DNA from: an uncultured Novosphingobium sp.
GTDB taxonomy: Bacteria > Pseudomonadota > Alphaproteobacteria > Sphingomonadales > Sphingomonadaceae
Direction of reading: 5' to 3'
DNA: 64,000 bases
Assembly (NCBI GenBank): GCA_964529505.1
Contig: CAZGWR010000014.1
Span: 1,966 to 65,965 of the forward strand
The notes below the pieces were generated by a model that was not told where the DNA came from, did no database searches, and saw only the letters and a list, made by a program, of their open reading frames with translations. The translations under genes and the position numbers were made by a program. This document shows, piece after piece, positions 63,181 to 64,000 of this stretch. Positions within the stretch are counted from its first letter, which is position 1, and each line of letters starts with the position of its first letter.

Positions 63181-64000
63181 TCACACCTGCTCCAGCGCCT
63201 GCGCCAAGTCGGCGATGATGTCGTCGATGTGCTCGATGCCGACCGAAACGCGGACCACATCCGGCCCTGCGCCTGCTTCGAGTTGCTCGGCTTCATCGAG
63301 CTGGCGGTGGGTGGTCGAGCTCGGGTGGATGATCAGCGAGCGGGTATCGCCGATATTGGCGAGGTGGCTGAACAGCTTGACCGCGGAAACCAGCTTCACG
63401 CCTGCGCCGTAGCCGCCGTGCACGCCGAAAGTGAACACCGCGCCACCCTTGCCGCCCAGATATTGCTGTGCCAGCGCGTTGTAGGGATTGCCCGGCAGTC
63501 CGGCATAATTGACCCACGCCACTTTGGGATGCGCTTGAAGCCATTGCGCCAGCGCGAGCGCATTCGCGCAGTGCCGCTCCATCCGCAGCACCAAGGTTTC
63601 CATGCCGGTGAGCGCCAGAAACGCGTTCATCGGCGCAAGCGCGGGGCCAAGATCGCGCAGGCCGAGCGCGCGGCAGGCGAGGATGAAAGCGAGCGGGCCG
63701 AACGCCTCGGTGAAGACTTTGCCGTGATACGACGGATTGGGCTGCGAGAGATAGGGGAACTTGCCCGAGGCCGCCCAGTCGAACTTGCCCGCATCGACGA
63801 TCACGCCGGCAATCGAATTGCCATGGCCATTGAGGAATTTGGTCGCCGAATGGACGACGATGTCCGCGCCGTGCTCGATCGGGCGGCACAGCACCGGCGT
63901 TGCCATCGTATTGTCCACGATCAGAGGCACGCCCGCGTCATGCGCCACGGCGGCAATCGCGGCGATATCTTGCACCACGCCGCCGGGGTTCGCGAGGCTT
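63181..64000 (-). CDS. metY: O-acetylhomoserine aminocarboxypropyltransferase/sulfhydrylase, C-terminal part; gene continues past the right edge
   Basis: It has the PLP-Lys motif VVHSATKFLNGHGNS and C-terminal IIHPSSTTHRQL. The reading frame stays open to position 64000. Confidence 0.88.
   Translation of the reverse strand, partial: SLANPGGVVQDIAAIAAVAHDAGVPLIVDNTMATPVLCRPIEHGADIVVHSATKFLNGHGNSIAGVIVDAGKFDWAASGKFPYLSQPNPSYHGKVFTEAFGPLAFILACRALGLRDLGPALAPMNAFLALTGMETLVLRMERHCANALALAQWLQAHPKVAWVNYAGLPGNPYNALAQQYLGGKGGAVFTFGVHGGYGAGVKLVSAVKLFSHLANIGDTRSLIIHPSSTTHRQLDEAEQLEAGAGPDVVRVSVGIEHIDDIIADLAQALEQV

Overview
This is a 64 kb chromosomal segment from a high-G+C alphaproteobacterium. Gene content, repeat types and protein sequences suggest Sphingomonadales/Erythrobacteraceae, but that is inference only. 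Most of the window is densely packed housekeeping DNA: nrdB/nrdA, nadB, tldD, ispG, aroC, nth, dapB, cobB, dnaA-rpsT, a P450, hemH, mrp/apbC, hflKC, degP, PBP1A, msrB, a stomatin/NfeD pair, pheA, etfBA and pccA, with metY at the right edge. I found no rRNA, tRNA, CRISPR array, integrase or transposase by eye.

Four parts stand out:
1. A low-G+C island of about 5.5 kb (about 34.46-39.93 kb). It contains only regulators and tiny proteins, in paralogous pairs: two FixJ/LuxR-type proteins with degenerate pseudo-receiver domains, two small winged-helix proteins, and two helical proteins of about 64 aa. Its intergenic regions are unusually long and AT-rich. I cannot map it to any described system, and it is my top candidate for something new.
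2. A tightly overlapping, membrane-associated operon around one MoxR AAA+ ATPase (50.2-57.1 kb). The gene order is DUF4129-like, DUF4350-like, MoxR, DUF58, SpoIIM-like, RDD, GNAT. Its function is unknown.
3. An isolated low-G+C gene (57166-58077) that fuses a PD-(D/E)xK/Mrr-like nuclease fold to an unknown C-terminal domain. It may be a single-gene defence element.
4. Two vapBC toxin-antitoxin pairs.

Several families of hairpin-forming or MITE-like intergenic repeats are scattered through the window. All family assignments come from my own reading of the translated ORFs. Nothing was searched against a database.
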